A stretch of DNA of 64,000 nt from Guillardia theta CCMP2712 (taxonomy: Eukaryota; Protista; Cryptophyta). The notes under the pieces were generated by a model, which ran no database searches, was not told where the DNA came from, and was given only the letters and a program-made list of their open reading frames with translations. The stretch lies in the NCBI RefSeq assembly GCF_000315625.1, contig NW_005434656.1:231741-295740 (forward strand). The letters run 5' to 3'. Both the position numbers and the translations under genes were made by a program. Below, piece after piece: positions 61,801 to 64,000 of this stretch; the first letter of the stretch is position 1; each line of letters opens with the position of its first letter.

Positions 61801-64000
61801 CTCCAACACAACATCTCTTGAAAGTAGCTCAATGTCGGACTGTCTGTGCGACCCTGGTCATTACAATGTGGGAGATGAATACAACATCGAATGCGCAGCT
61901 TGTGAAGTGGGTTTCTATAAGGCAGAAAGTGGATTCCAAGCTTGTCAAGAGTGTCCGGAGGGAATGTACACCTACAGTACTTCGAGCTCTCACTGCAGCA
62001 CTTGCTCAGTCAATAGATTCTTGCCATACGACTGTCAGTGCTCTCCGGACTGCAAGGAAGTGGTTTATTCTGAGCTGAATGCTACTCTCAGGAATCAGAT
62101 CGAGGTGTTCGAAAACACGTCGTACAACTGCGAGACTCTGTGGGAAGGCTTCTGGATCGTTCCGTCGAGGTATCCTGACTTGTTCGTCAAGGCTCTCAAG
62201 GGGTTGGGAGCACACGAGGGGTTTTACTTCACCGGGCAGCAGTGGGTCGACTCGTCATCGCGACACTGGTGTCACGTCTGGAACTACAGCACCTTTGTGA
62301 ATCACTTCCTGATCGAGTTCGAAGGAGCTCAATTCAGCTGCTCCAACGACGTCATTCTCCCCGTCCTCAAGCAGGCGTTTCAAGCCGAGTCTGTGGAACA
62401 GATCGAATGTAACTTGACCATCGTCTACAACGTCAGCAACGTCTTGCCGGGGCTCAGACCTGAATACCTGGACAGCCTGTTTGAGGGGATCTCTGAGATC
62501 CTGCGCTGTACGCGACCGCAGCTGAGAAACATCACCTTGAGTCAAGAGGTCATCGCTACGAGCCCCAACTCCGGGACCAAACAATTCCATACGCTCTGCA
62601 AGGATGCCGCTAGATCTATCTGCATGCGATGCAACAACAACAGCTGGTTCAACTCGACCAACGGCGTCTGCATGCCTTGTTCGTGCCCTGCTGGACAGTA
62701 CTTAGCCCGACCATGTAAAGGACAAGACAATGGCTGTTCTCCCTGCGACCTCGGGGTGATCTGACCTGATTCATTGCAATCTTGTATTGACGATGTGAAA
62801 TAGACTTACTCTTCCAGCATGGTTGGAGCATGCACCAAATGTCCTCCTGGAAAGTGAGTAGAGTTTCAAGGTCATCTCAATGTTAGCTGACGAGCATGAT
62901 CAGGTACACCGACAGGCTGGAGTCTAAGGGTTGTGACGATTGCGCCGCTGGATATTCGTCAGCCCCGGGAGCATCTTTCTGCATCCAGTGCGCCATCGGG
63001 TTCTACACGGATGAACCTGGTCAGCTCTGCCGCCCCTGTGAGGCTGGATACTTTTCGATGCCTGGCGACTCGACGTGCACGGGATGTCCTGCAGGAACGG
63101 CAAAGTCAGTGACGGGGAACGGCATGTGCTCGCCCTGCCGTGCGGGCACATGGTCGCAAGCGAACGCGAGCCACTGCAAAGCTTGTTCTGTCGGCACCTT
63201 CTCAACGTACGGAGCATCAATCTGCCAGATGTGTTCTAACGGGAAGTACACCAACGTCACAGGTATGGCAACTCGTGTTGTGTCCTTGATTGAAGAATCT
63301 TGAGCAGGAACGAGCGTCTGTTACGACTGTCTGGCGGGGTTCGATTCCGATGAGAGCAGAGTGTCCTGCCAGGACTGTCCGGCGGGAAGCTATAGTATGT
63401 CTGGACATGCATGTGAGCTGTGCGAGCTGGGCAAATACTCGAATGCCAGTGGAATGACGACTTGCATGTAAGCAGCATCTTTGCTAACCCTTCTTTTCTC
63501 ACTTGCCGTGCAGGGCATGCGATGCTGGAAGGACTTCGTTCACCTTGGGCTCGATCAATTGCTCGGATTGTCCGCAGGGAACATTCAGGAGTGACCTAGG
63601 CAGCAAATACTGCAGTCCTTGTCCCCCGGGGACCTCAGGGTTGGAGCTCGGTGCCAGCCAGTGCCCAGCTTGTCCCGCTGGAACTTTTTCACCTGGCAAC
63701 ACGTTCGAGTGCGCTGGATGCCCGGCCGGAACTTTTTCTACGCAGAATTCCTCCGTCTGTTCCTTTTGCCCGCTGGGGAAGTTTTCAGACCAGGTGAACA
63801 GGACCTCCTCCTCTGACTGCTCGCCTTGCGAGGCGGGAACATCGTCGGACTCCCTTTTTCAGTCATGTGTCAACTGCCCAGCAGGAGAGTACTCCTCTGC
63901 TCAGACAGAGTTTGTCTGCACTGCTTGCCCGGCGGGAAAGGTCTCCCTGTTCCCCGGCACACAGTCGGCGCAAGGCTGCGTCCCCTGTAACGCGAGCACA
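58857..64000 (+). CDS. Very large Cys-rich secreted/surface protein with ephrin-receptor-like (GCC2/GCC3) repeats and two CUB domains; continues past window end; 1-nt frameshift at ~60720
   Basis: Signal MGKRRRSAFILLLLIIADVHC. Dozens of CxxCPxGxY/F repeats. CUB motifs YPVNDTCWWII..FETQLNADLL..FSGFDLQW and YCNWTI..SGLNFSW. Confidence 0.88.

Overview
Eukaryotic nuclear DNA, not prokaryotic. It is gene-dense, with many short GT-AG (occasionally GC-AG) introns stuffed with purine-only or pyrimidine-only microsatellites. This style resembles a cryptophyte alga such as Guillardia theta (inference from style, not verified). Most ORFs in the supplied track are low-complexity artefacts, so gene models were rebuilt by hand from exon fragments and their boundaries are approximate. 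Genes in order: OGG1 (+), SK-type K+ channel (-), an intronless multi-TM protein with a C-terminal RelA/SpoT-like synthetase domain (+), MATE transporter (-), HMG-box protein (+), ankyrin protein with signal peptide and LRLKGG (-), ELF1 (+), myosin (-), tandem BTB-TLDc protein (+), TTLL polyglutamylase (+), small hypothetical (-), Sfi1-like protein (+), MenB ending in the PTS1 tripeptide SRL (-), multi-PDZ protein (+), kinesin (+), hypothetical (-), RlmE/FtsJ (+), type-I membrane RING protein (-), and a very large Cys-rich/CUB surface protein (+, runs off the window, contains a 1-nt frameshift). The best candidate for an undescribed system is the receptor-like membrane RelA/SpoT-type nucleotidyltransferase at 10107-11969. 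It has a putative extracytoplasmic beta-domain, about 6 TM helices and a cytosolic alarmone-synthetase-like domain, suggesting ligand-gated nucleotide second-messenger signalling. Also notable are GGGGT(A/G)G motif clusters in divergent intergenic regions and a short TIR/hairpin element at about 9.4-9.65 kb.
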